Source of the DNA: Vitrella brassicaformis CCMP3155 | Taxonomy: Eukaryota > Protista > Chromerida | Reading direction: 5' to 3' | Assembly: GCA_001179505.1 (NCBI GenBank) | Contig: CDMY01000214.1 | Location: 1-64,000, forward strand | Length of the DNA stretch: 64,000 nt | Part shown: positions 1 through 11,311 of the stretch, piece by piece | How the letters are laid out: every line of letters starts with the position of its first letter | How positions within the stretch are numbered: position 1 is the first letter of the stretch | Translations under genes and position numbers: made by a program | The notes under the pieces: model-generated | Seen by the model: only the letters and a program-made list of their open reading frames with translations | Databases searched by the model: none | Told to the model about the DNA's origin: nothing

Positions 1-152
1 AATGGGAGCCGCCAGGATCAGCCCAACGATGACCTGCACCAGCAACGCAACACGGTAAATGAAATCGGCCACAGCCGCGCCACGTCAGATGAAGCAAGCC
101 TCCTGAGTAGCTTCTCTTCGAGTGGAATGTCTTCACACACGGTGGTCACTCG

Positions 153-990
153 ATGGATGCCGCCGATCTCACTCGACTGCTGGCGCAGCCGGCGTCCGCA
201 TTCAAGCCGCCTGAGACGGTCGACGACACGACCTTCTCCGTTGAGTGGGCGAACCGTTACCGATTGAACGAAGAGCAGATGCGGGCGTTCCAAATCATCT
301 GCAGCCACTTGCTGAACCACTACAAAGACCTGAGGGACAATAAATACATCGCGGCAGTGCGCATGTGCCTGACCGTCATGAAAGCCGTGGAGGCCTGTTC
401 TGCTGAACTACAATGCAGACATTGGCTGTGTCTGGCGGCACTTACCGGTGTGGCTGCAGATAACACCGAAGGCTCGACAATCGATTCGCTCCTGCGCCTA
501 TTCGATGACTTCGAGAGGGGCGAGAAGAGGCTGCGGCGCAAGCGGGGAAGCAGCAGACACTCGATGGTGACCGCATTTGCAGAGAGGAGTCTTGCAAGCG
601 TATCCAGTACCAAGTCCACTGCACGATAGTCGGCGAGATCTCTTTCGTTAACCGCCAGAAGCTCGACAAAGTCGATGCGCCACTGAGGGACCTGCGAAAA
701 GGCACCCAAGAAAGACCAAGCTGAACCAGCTGCATGACCGGACAAGGGAGAAACATCCCATTCACCACAAACTGGCGCGTTTCGTGTATTCAGTCAGTTG
801 ATGCTTACTTCCGTTATGGATCTTGCTTTTTTAAGAGGTTCGCGCCCAGAGAGACCCTTGTTCGTTGACTTTCTCCGCGAAGCAAGCGCGATCTTTTTCA
901 AGCAGCAGCGGTTTCAGGGAGCACCCTAGACGTCCTGACCGCCAAGCTTTTTCCATATAATAACTTGCCGCTTTAGGGCATATCGGTCAC
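153..990 (+). pseudogene. Degenerate PIF1-family helicase (Helitron-like or host PIF1 remnant)
   Basis: ORF 153..629 has LNEEQMRAFQII (the LNxEQ motif before Walker A) and LAALTGVAADNTEGSTIDSLL (motif Ia/Ib, A-x-TGxAAxxxxGxTxHS). After a frameshift near 590-600 another frame reads HCTIVGEISFVNRQKLDKVDAPLRDLRK, a decayed Walker B (IxDEISMV). A weaker FFKQQRF, like the motif IV QxR, lies near 895-915. Walker A is missing and the downstream frames contain stops. Confidence 0.6.
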
Positions 991-1127
991 TGATCCAAAG
1001 GTGACAAAAAAACACGAAGCATCTTGACATATTGCCGTGTCTGTAGTACTGCAAGCAACACATCACTCCTACCGTTTTTCCTTTTTTCTTCCATACGATC
1101 GTGATCGAACGTTTTGTCTGACCGAAC

Positions 1128-1499
1128 GTGTTGTTTCGTAAAGACGCAAATCGGGCACTAGCCCAATTCGCGGATTCGCGGACTCTCCACGGATCCGCTG
1201 CGAGCCAACTGGACATCCCTGTGGGCTACTCGGTGGTCCGGATGCCCGTGGATGACAACGGCCTCCCAACAGGGGCGGTGGAACCGTTCCTGAGACGCCG
1301 AAATGCTGCGGCAGAGGGTGCGAAGTGGCCCTCAGGGTTTCGTCCAGTTGGGGTCGTTTTTGATGCTGAGGGTCGAATGCTCGTTTCATCAGCTGCTTCT
1401 GGGGAGATCGTGATGGTCAGGCAAAGCACTCAGCGAATTGGTTTAGGAAGCGAAGCAGATTGTGGCAGAGAGCAGAGCGAGGGACGAACAGAGGTATAA
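1128..1499 (+). pseudogene. C-terminal fragment of a PQQ-dependent sugar/sorbosone dehydrogenase (GSDH/AA12-like beta-propeller)
   Basis: The translation has LHGS...PVGYSVVRMPVDDNGLP and FRPVGVVFDAEGRMLVSSAASGEIVMV, matching the C-terminal blades HGSWNR..P.GYKV and FRPVGLA.D..GRL..SSD..GEI. No N-terminal part was found upstream. Confidence 0.6.
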
Positions 1500-2088
1500 G
1501 GTTGGATTGATGCATGTGTGTTGACCGACTAAGTAGCTGTGTACATACATACGTCTCTATATCGATGTACATGTGTAAATGGGCAATCGATGTATGTATA
1601 CATACGTATACATGTCATGTCGTGTACGTGTAGGACGCAAACACCTGGATCGATCTTGGGGGAGATTTGTATGGGGGTGTGCCATATCTTTCCACCCAGA
1701 CCATTCTTTTGTTGAATGAACTGAATGAACTGACCCCTCTTCTGTCACTTCATCACGTGACGCCTACACACGCATTAGTATTAGAAGATCGTCATCAGCC
1801 GGCTGTACAGGGCAATGAGGGTCCGTGCATCCAGTCTCGCGTCCACATAAGTGTGCCGATTCCGTGGTCTATGCAACGACCTCGTGACGGAAAGCCAATC
1901 GAACGGGTGTGTGCGTTGCGCTCATCGTCACGAGACCATCACAAGACCATCGAAATGGCACTTGTTGCTGGACGCCCATGCTATCAGATCACCTCATCTC
2001 ATCTGTCTATCTGGCCCACACGCCATACACAGACCACCACGCTCGGGCATCTAGACATAGGCAGGGGCCCATCCGCTACTAGTCTCAC

Positions 2089-5000
2089 TCATCGCTCAGG
2101 CTGCAGCAGCCGCATGACCTCGTCTATCAGCCCCACCACCACCGACAAGTCAACTCGCACCTCTGCACCACCATCAGGGTCGTCCGGCCGGCCCCCCACA
2201 GTTACAGACACGGCAGTCTCCCCCAGCTGCCGCACCGCGTCCATGGCCTCCTCCATGCCGCCCATCAGCGGCACACCCCAGCTGATCCCACCATCACCAC
2301 CACCTCGCGGCCGGTACCCAGCAGCAGCAGCAGCAGCGGCAGCAGAAGGACGTTGCATCGGCTGCTGCTGGAAGAACACCATTCCCGTGGCCCCACCGCC
2401 GCCAACGCCTCGGTCAGTTTCTGCTGGCGCCTTCTCCTCGGCTATGAGTGACGTCCACATGACGACTGAGTCGAGGGCGACCTCTAGAGTGGCCACGGCG
2501 AGGGGCAGCAGGCTGCCCGTCGAGTGCTGGGGCTGGGGAGCGTCTGAGGGGGAGGCGGGGAAGGACGAGGACGAAGCAGCAGCAGCAGGGGGCTCGGCAA
2601 CGAACGACGGCAGCCGCCTCTGGGTAAGCCAACAGAAAAGGGCAACACGCGTGCCGCAACGAGCCTTCTTCTCATTTGTGTGTTGGGTGGGTTGGATGCA
2701 TGTCCGCTGACTGACCTGTGTGGTGTGTTCCCTCAGTTGTGCACAGAAGGTCCCGAGGCAGCTCGCCGCCACCTGCTGCAAAATCGACAGGCGTGTCTTG
2801 GCATGACGCTTCAACTGATGGACGAAAGACAGGCAGAGCACAACACACACACACAAAATACACATACACGTATCTATCAGTGAGTGTCAAGGAGACCCTT
2901 CTGCGTGTCTGGCTGACCCTGTTCATTTCGACCTCCCTGATGTCGCCGTCCCTGGCAGCGTCATCTCTGTTCTGCGGCGTGGGGATGTTGATGTAGTCGC
3001 CGGCAGCCGTCGGCTCCCGCGGTGAGCCGATCTCCTCATAGCCCTCCATGCGGAGCCGGCGCTGCCGAAAAGCGATGGCGTCGCCCACACACATGCTGTC
3101 ACTGTCGCTACCTGATACACAAATCGATCGAGACACATTGTGTGTGCGCAGACAGACACAGTGTTCGTTCCTCTTTCATTCATTCTGCAGCCTACGTAAG
3201 CAGGTGAGGGCCCGCAGGGTCAGCTTCACGCGGGTCTCCTCATGGGCCAGCATCCCATCGCCTCCCTCTCCCCGGCTCTCCCTTACCGCCACATTACACA
3301 GCGATTTCAGCAGGTCCAGCATGCTCTCGGTCACGGCGTCATTCAGCTCACGCACCCCAGCCGTCCGCATGTCGGCCGCCTGCTGCTGCTGCTGGTCGAA
3401 GAAGGCGGGCGGGGGGTTGGCCGGGGTTTCGGCGCCACCACGAGGCACGTGTCGCGGCGCCAGGAGGCGTCGACACGTGGGCGTTGCCGAGAGCGCCTGC
3501 CACAGCTGAATTAGCAGGTCGGTGGACCGGCACAGCTCCTCGATGGCCCGCTTGTGTGACGGCGGTGACGCTTTCCCTGCTTGTGACTCCCTGTCCATGT
3601 CGTCAAGGGCCGTGTGCATGTCGCCCCACGCGCCAAGGGGCGGCTGTGCGGCCCCCTGCTGCTGGGTGGCCGTGCGGAATCGGCCGTCTAGGAAGGGCAG
3701 TGTGGCCAGCAGCTGTGGGTGCTGCAGCAGCACCCCGCTGTGACCCAGGAACCAGTCCAGCAGCCGGTCCGCCAGTCTCGGCTGCGCGCCGAGCTGATTG
3801 AGCAGGGAGAGGAGTGTGAGCAGCAGGGGCGCCAGTAGGGAGGGCGACACCAGCTGCTGCAGGTTGTCAAGGCCTCGGATGAATGGCGTGGGGAAGGCGA
3901 TGGCAGCAGTGCCGTCGGCGAATGACTGGCCATGGCCGAGGTGTGCGCGCAGGAGCGCGACGAGCGGCTCAATGGCAGCGTCCATGGTGAGGTCGATGGC
4001 CGCCGCCTCCAGGAACTGCCGGTGCAGCAGCGACTCGGTCAGCAACCTCTCCACCGACACATACGTCACTGTGGTGGCACGCTGCAAACAAACATGGACA
4101 CACATGACAGACTTATAAGGCGATCATGGCATGGTGTCCCTTATTGCTGTCTCATTCAGCGAGCCCACCTGCAGGACGATGGACAGCATGTGTGCGGCCC
4201 CATGGAAGAAGAGTCGTTTCTCGGTCCTGTCCCACCGCCCACCCAGACCAGCATCGTCCTCATCCAGGCCGGATGCAGCCTCCCACCTCACTGTGTCGGG
4301 CTCAAATGCATGCCGCACCACCTGCTCAACCAGCCGCCACAGCGACGGCGTCCGCACCAACACCCCACACAGCGACCCATCCACGGTGGTTCCACCACTG
4401 CCAACGCCTTCCTCCTGCTGCTGCTGCTGCTGCTGCAGCTCGGCCACGAGCAGCGTCCGCAGCACGGCGATGGCCTTGAGCTGCACCTGGTGCCGAACGT
4501 CCCCCGTCGTGAGCGGCATCACTGACTGCTCCTCCGCGCCACCGCTGCCCAGCTTGCCCAGACCACCTGCCCCCGACTCTCCTAAGGGCTGTCCGAAAGG
4601 AGATGACCAGTCTGGTGGCTGGGACGGAACGCTGAGCCCGGCCTGTGTGTGGGGGCTGTCGAGCTGCCCGGCCGCGTCTTTGAGGATCATCTCGACCAGT
4701 TCGTGGCGCCTCGCCGCCAAGGCCGCCACCCACATGGCGAGAGTGGTCTGGGGGCCGGCCTGGACGTGCTGGCCTGTGTGGACGGGCAGCAGGGTGACGA
4801 GGGCGGTGTAGAGGTGCTGGCAGATGTTGGCCGAGGCCGCCCGGTGGACCAGGGCTTTCAGCAGCGCATCCGTCAGGGTCTGAGAACCAACAGAGAAAGA
4901 ACCTCATGACGCACTGCACTGTCTGGCCCCTGTCAGTGTATTTCTCTTTTTCTACCTGGAGGAGTGCCCGAGTGATGTACTGGACAGTGAGACCCTCGTT

Positions 5001-8000
5001 GCCGAGGGCCGTGAGCAGCTGCGCCAGCATGGCCGACACCATCTCGAACTTGAATGCCACCGACCGGGGCTCGCCGTCCGCCATCCCCCCACCACCGCCG
5101 CCCCCAGTGACCTCCCCCAGCTGCGGCAGAAGTGTCTCGATGTGGTCCCGCAGCAGCTCTATCCGCTGCTGCGTCGTCAGGTTGCCCTCCCGCCCCTCGT
5201 GCCTCGCGTGGCGGAGGAAGTGAAGCCCCGCCGACAGGAACTGCATGAGAGCGTGGCCGCACCGGTACCGCTGCCCCGCCGCGTGGGTGTAGCTGTTGTG
5301 CTCGTAGGCGTACTTGAGCATCGGGGAAAAGGGCGACTGCTGCTGCTGCTGCTGAAGAAGAATGCCGTCCATCATGCCACCAGTTGCTGCTGTGGGGGAC
5401 CCACCGCCCCCACCACCACCCCCGGCCCCCCCACCGCCGTCTGTTGACACCGTCTTGCACCATCGGAGCACTGCACCAGGGTCCAGGAGGGTCATGTTGT
5501 GGGTGCGCGGCTTCCCCCCGGCCGTCTGCGAGAGCTGCAGGGCAGCTGACTGCATGAAGCTCCCCCATGTGTCGCCAGAGGGCCGCCCGTAGTCGGTCCA
5601 CATCACCGGGGGCGGGGGGGCCGGCCCTGGAGGCACCAGGTCATCGAACGCATTGCAGAGGTCCACGATGGCCGAAGTGAGGTACTTGCCGCGGCCGTCT
5701 GCCTGTGCGTAGCCGATCTCGCCGCCTCCCAGGGCCACCGCCACCGCGGTCTTTGTCAAGAGGTAGACGAGCAACTCCTCAATGTGCGGTGTCCTCTCGC
5801 GCTTCTGCGCCACAATGAGCCGCTGTCGCGTGTTGAGCTGGACGTCTGGTGGGGCGTTGAGGGCCTCGGTTGAGAGGTGCATCTCCAAGGCCAGTATCTG
5901 GGCCATGCCGGCCAGCTGGGCCAGGAGGATGGGCCGCAGGGGCCAGAGGACGCCCGCCCACTGCAGCGACAGCAGGAGGTCGAACTGGGACCACTGCGAC
6001 TGCCACTGGAACCACACCATCCGCAGGGCCACGTCGGCGCACTCAGGGATGGACAGCAGCCGCACCACCACCTCCACCGCCAGGGCGTACACCCGCTGCT
6101 GGCTCTCGGCGACCGACAGCAGGTCGTCGGTGCTGATGGGCTCTGCGTCGGTGATGAGCGGTGGCGGGGGCGGGGGGACCTGCAGGATCTTCATGATGGC
6201 GTCCAGGCAGTTGCGGTCTAGGAAGGCCTGCGACAGCTCGAACCGCTTCTCCAGGGGGTTCACGCCCGCACTGTCGGACCGCCACTCGTCCACCTCCAGC
6301 CCCAGCACCCGGAAGGCCAGCCCCGCCCCAGCCACGCCACCTCTAATCGCCTTGTGCAGGTAGTCGGGCCCTATGCCGTCGAGCAAAAAGTGCAGCACCA
6401 GCTCGCGGATCGACGTGCGTGTGAGGCACGCAGGGGTGTCGCACTTGAGTGGCGTGGACCTGATGACCTCTGATGGGTCGTTCGGGGGCAGGGTCCAGAA
6501 TGAGGGGAGGGGCAGGGTCGTGAGGTACCCGATGGACACGTACCGATGATCACGGCTGGAGAGGGACACCGCAGACGACCCCCTGGTGGCGGACTCGTGC
6601 AGCGCCCAGGTGGCGAGGTCGACGGCCTCGACGATGGCGTCCTCATCCTCGTTCCACTTGGCCTCGAGGGCGGCATGGAAGGGCAGCGACGTGAAGCTGC
6701 TCGTCGCAGACACATGGGGGTCGAACCGCTCGCCCTCCTCTATTGAGGCCACCTCAATGGCGAAGGTCTCCCTCATGCCCATGTCCCACTCGTGCGGCTG
6801 GCTGCCCTGCGGCAGACGGCTGGGTCGGCCGCCATAGGGGATCCCCGCCGCCGCGGCAGCGGCGCTCATGGGCTCGAACATGCTCTGGCCGATGGAGGGG
6901 TCGAGGAGACACTCCGTGGGCGGTAGGGCGCCGTAGTCCAGCCCCCGGTCGCTAGATGCGTCGGTGAGAATGGCCTGGAGGGTGGGGGTGAGCTTGGTGA
7001 GTAGCGAGGGCAGCTGCAGCAGGACCGTCGTGACGCCCTCGGTGTCGCGGAGGTGCATCTGGTGCAGCAGGTAGACCACCGACTTGCCCACGTTGGGCCG
7101 CACCATCCCCCGGCCGTCGTACAGCACATACTCCAACAGATAGGCCGCAAAGGGCGGGGGCGGGTTGAGCTGCTCCTGCAACCGCATCCCCGCATTCGGC
7201 TCTCCCCGCTGACTTGCCGCCATCTGGCCCCTCACGGCACGCGTGAAGACCGCCTCCCGCTCCAGCACTCCGTGGATGGGCCGCAGGCTCGTGGGGTCGC
7301 CGACCATGAGGTCCAGCTGGCTCTCGTTGACACCCAGACCGATGGGGATGGGCGGCAGCGGGCCCGCCGCTGCTCCAGGGTCGCCCTCTGCGGGGGCCGC
7401 GGCCACGTTGTATTTGTGGTGTGAAAAGAAGCGCTGGTAGAAGGCCAGGAAGAGTGTGTCCCGCTGGAAGGCCAGCCGCAGTATGTCCAGGCCGACAGCC
7501 ACCGTCTGCTCCATGAACACCTGGTATGGCGCCGGCCTGCCCTCCCTCTCGGCCAACGCCAGGTACCCCGCCCCGTGCAGACACGTCAGTGAGAGGATCT
7601 GCCGGCACACCTCGCCGTCAGGTGTCAGCAGGGACCGCCACAGGTATATGACGGCCGCGTCGGCCTTCTGCGTGCTGCCGTCGACGAACGGCTCGCGAGT
7701 GATGGCGTTGAGCTGCTCGCTGTCCACCGGCGGCAGCGGGCCCCGCAGCACAAGTCGGAGGTACCTCATGCAGAGGGCGGCCAGGCTCCAGTACCTCACC
7801 GGCCGCTGGATGAGGGCGGGGCTGCTGAGCAAGCGGAGCAGGAATCGGTCGACGATGGTCCTGGTCAGCTGGAAGAGCTCCAATGAGTACCTCCGTCGGT
7901 AGCCGACGAGCATCAGCAGCGTGACCACAGCCGACATGACGGCCACGGCCAGGTGCCCGTTGTCCTCCTGCCGCTCGGCGGCCTCGGCCGCCTCCTGCAC

Positions 8001-11000
8001 CAGTGCTGGCCAGTGGTTGATCAGGTGGTCGAACACCGAATACGCATTGACGGGGTTGGCCGCCACCGCGGGCAGCGCTTCGACACACACCGCCTTGAGA
8101 TGCGCCAGGTGTCCGCCGTTGCCCCCGCCGCCGTCCGACGTCAGCCACAGGACACTGAGGATGGGCTCCCACGCGTCTTTGAAGCCGAAGGCCTGCATGG
8201 GGGCGGGCTTGGTGAGCACAGGGGGCGGCGGGGGGAGGGATATGAGCAGCCGTGTGCTCCACGCAGCGCCAATGAGTCGGAAGGTCGACAGCAGGGCCAG
8301 ACGGGTGCCGAAAGGCAGGTCGCGGGGGTGGGGTGGGGCCGCCATCTGGTCCTGTTGATGCATCAATGGCATCATGGGATCGACGTAATGGCCATGGTGG
8401 TGACCAGTGGCGATGGCCTGCTGCTGCTGCTGGCCACATAGCTGCCGCCAGAGGTACTCGAGGATGAAGTCCAGGCGGAACCACAGCTGCTGCGCACTCA
8501 GTTTCTGCCCTGTTTGCTTTGCCGCGGCCTGGGGCCCTCTGCCGATGACCGTCGCCGCCAGATCCAGAATCTCCCCATGAAGCATAGGCAGACCGGGGGC
8601 TGTCTGCTGGTGCTGGTGCTGGTGGTGTTGCGCAGCGGCCCACCCATATTGGTCGTACAGTGGGGGCATATGGGGGTGGGGGTATTGCCTATGTCTGGTC
8701 GTCTCGTGTGGGTGTGGTGAGTGGGCCGGGGCGGCAGCAGCGGGGTCGGTGTGCGCCTCGGGCGGCATGTGGAAGGAGTCGATGGCGGCCAGCAGGACCT
8801 CGGCGAAAGCGGCGCACGCAGTGGGGTGAAGGCGGCATATCTTGTTGACGGTCTGCAGGAGGGAGATCTGCATGCTGTCGGGGGGCATCTGGCGGCTTCG
8901 CACCGCCGTGGTCTCGATGCGCTTGATGTCCGACCACTTGTACAGATGCAGCAGAATGGTCCTGGCACACAAGCAAACACATAGCGGGGGGGATCTTGTC
9001 GCTCTGTGTGTGTGTGTGTGTGTGTGCCCACTTGAAGAGCTCGCTGAATGTCAGGAGGGAAAGGTGAGAGCCGAAGTCGGTGCTGGGCACTGAATATGAC
9101 AACACACACACACACACTCACACAGACGTATACCAGAGGCTAGGGCAGGGCTGTGTTGTGTAGCTAACGTACGTATGAGTTGGTCGCGAATGAAGTCGAT
9201 AATCTGCCACGTAACCACACCACGGTGGAATCGGGCACGTTCTGCACCGCAAGAACAGAACAACACACCCCATGGTCATTCCACTGATACGTACGCCTCT
9301 GTGTGTGTGTGTGTCCCTGACCTTCCAGGTAGACCCCCACAACGACGAAGCTAACAAGGCGGCCGAGAGGGGTCTCTTCAGACCACACTAGCGCCTGACA
9401 CACACCCCATGTGCACACACACACATTGAATCGGGCACTTACCGTTCCGCGTGTGCCCCTGATTCTCTGCATGAATGGTGTGTCCTGGTCCCTCTGCTGC
9501 GGCGCCCACGGCGCAGCCGATGGCTCGGGCGGCTGGAAACCGTGGAGAGAAGAATCGGTCTGGCCACACACACACACACACACGGAACCACTGTCGGAAT
9601 TAGAATCCAAAGGAGCCTTCCTCAACTGACCTGCGGTGACGTCTGTGGTGAGGGCGCTGCAGCAGCAGCAGCAGCCTGGTTGGGGGGAGGGGTCTCATAA
9701 ACCGGATGAGTGGGCTGGGCCTGACAACAGCAGAGAAGGGCGAAAAGTGTGAAAAGCGTGTTCAGCTAGATGGTTACCCTGTCTCTGTCCCATCGCTTGA
9801 CATCGGGATGCAGCACAGCCAGCAGCATCACCGCCAGACGAACACTCAGCTACACTCACAGGTCAACCAGACCAGCCACACACAAACGATTTATTCTTCC
9901 CATCAAGTCAGTATTCTTCCCCTCCTCCCTCTCACCCACCCCGTTGTGTTGTATCCCGAATGCCTCGTCAAACTCCTGAGCTGTCGGCTCACCAGAAAAC
10001 ACCTGTAATGTAATGACACGCGGCCACACCCACCCGACAGACAGTCACGCCTTCTACGCGTGTCAGGGGTTGTGTGGTGTGGGGTGATGTGTTGTGGTGA
10101 ATCACGCTGACATCGTCTTCCAGCCTCTCCACAGCCTGCGGCACCAGGCGGATAAGCATATTGACCTCAGCCTCAGTCGCGTGGATGTGGGAGAAGAAAC
10201 CAAACAAGGCCGACGACAGCAGCCACACGAGCTTCTGCGCAAAGTAGCGGAAGTAGGGGCCGCTCTCAGCGTTGCCAGCACCTGAAAACCCAACACAAAC
10301 TCATGTATTGATACAGCCATGCCATCCCTATATCGCCGCATGAGTGTCGGGCCCGCCGACCGGTAATGTCAGCGATCAGCGTCGATATGGCCTTGATAGT
10401 GTTTTTGACGAACTGGTGGCGAGCCAGGTCGAGGAAGAAGGCCGCAGCCAGCCGCTGAGGGCCGGGGACGACTCTGAGGTCCACTGCAAGCCCCTCTGCC
10501 GCCTCTCCTGTGTCCTCCGGCTCAGTCCCCAGCTGACCCCGGCCACTCACCGACAGACTCTGCACCCACACACAAGACAAGAGCCAGACACATCGACTCG
10601 CATGTGTGAGGTGGCGTGCGTCTGTCGGCCTGTCTGTCTGTCTGTCTACCCACCACCCACCTCGGCGAGATCTGCAAGGCACATGCCGATGAAGAGCCGC
10701 TCCCTGTAGTACATCTGCTCGCAGGCCAGCACCAGGTCGCTGCGGCACTCGGGCACCCTCACGGCCGCCTCGAGAAGGGCACAGCACTCGTGCTGGTGCA
10801 GCTGCAGCTTGGTCGACAGCCGGTGGATGACCTGCTGCAGCTGGCTGGCGTCGAAGCTCTGCAGCAGATCTCTGTGGTTGGTCTGGATGTGTGTGGCGAG
10901 GGCCTGTGGCGTGATGTTGTCGTCTGGCGGTAGGGACAGCCATGGGTTGCGGCAGTACTCCTTGTGCTCGAGCAGCGATGAGTAGGCGGCCGCCTCCGCC

Positions 11001-11092
11001 CTCTCGGGCGACTCGAGCGGAGCGCCCTGCAGCAGAGGGCCGAGGACCTCCGAGTGGAGATGCTCAAAGCGGCCACTCGCAAACATGCTCAT
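2089..11092 (-). CDS. Very large multi-exon alpha-helical protein, probable Nup205/Nup192 (or Nup188)-like scaffold nucleoporin
   Basis: ATG at 11092. The first exon has HRLSTKLQLHQHECCALLEAA...LVLACEQMYYRERLFIGMCLADL, like the Nup205/192 N-terminal LS..L.L.E..a..LL...A..YY.ER pattern. One ~4 kb exon (about 8950-4945) is followed by exons in ORFs 4124..4735, 3176..4105, 2672..3136 and 2089..2865, all separated by GT-AG introns. Leu-rich helical sequence with poly-Q/G/A inserts. The gene itself is well supported; the family assignment is tentative. Confidence 0.5.
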
Positions 11093-11210
11093 CAGTCACG
11101 CAGCAACGTGGCTCAGCGGGAAGCGTATCAGCTCATGGTTCAGTTCAGTAAGCTGGCCGCTTCAGTAAGCTCATGTGTTTCAGGAAGATCCTCAAGATCT
11201 CGTCGTCGAC

Positions 11211-11220
11211 GCGAGCTCGC
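11211..11220. promoter_or_regulatory. Palindrome GCGAGCTCGC in a divergent promoter (candidate cis-element)
   Basis: Lies between ATG 11092 (-) and ATG 11312 (+). The same 10-mer occurs at 17389 and 63205. Confidence 0.4.
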
Positions 11221-11311
11221 AAAGTTGACATTCCGTGAAACCGCTCTCTCAAAGTTGGTTTCACGACACTGCTTAAACCCACATTCCCAGCACCCCTTGA
11301 AGAATTTTCTG

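Noticed and set aside
1667-8984. Many long plus-strand ORFs (e.g. 1667..2710, 4131..4811, 5782..6363) opposite the Nup-like gene
   Set aside because: Shadow ORFs from GC-rich coding sequence; no motifs, and they read through intronic microsatellites.
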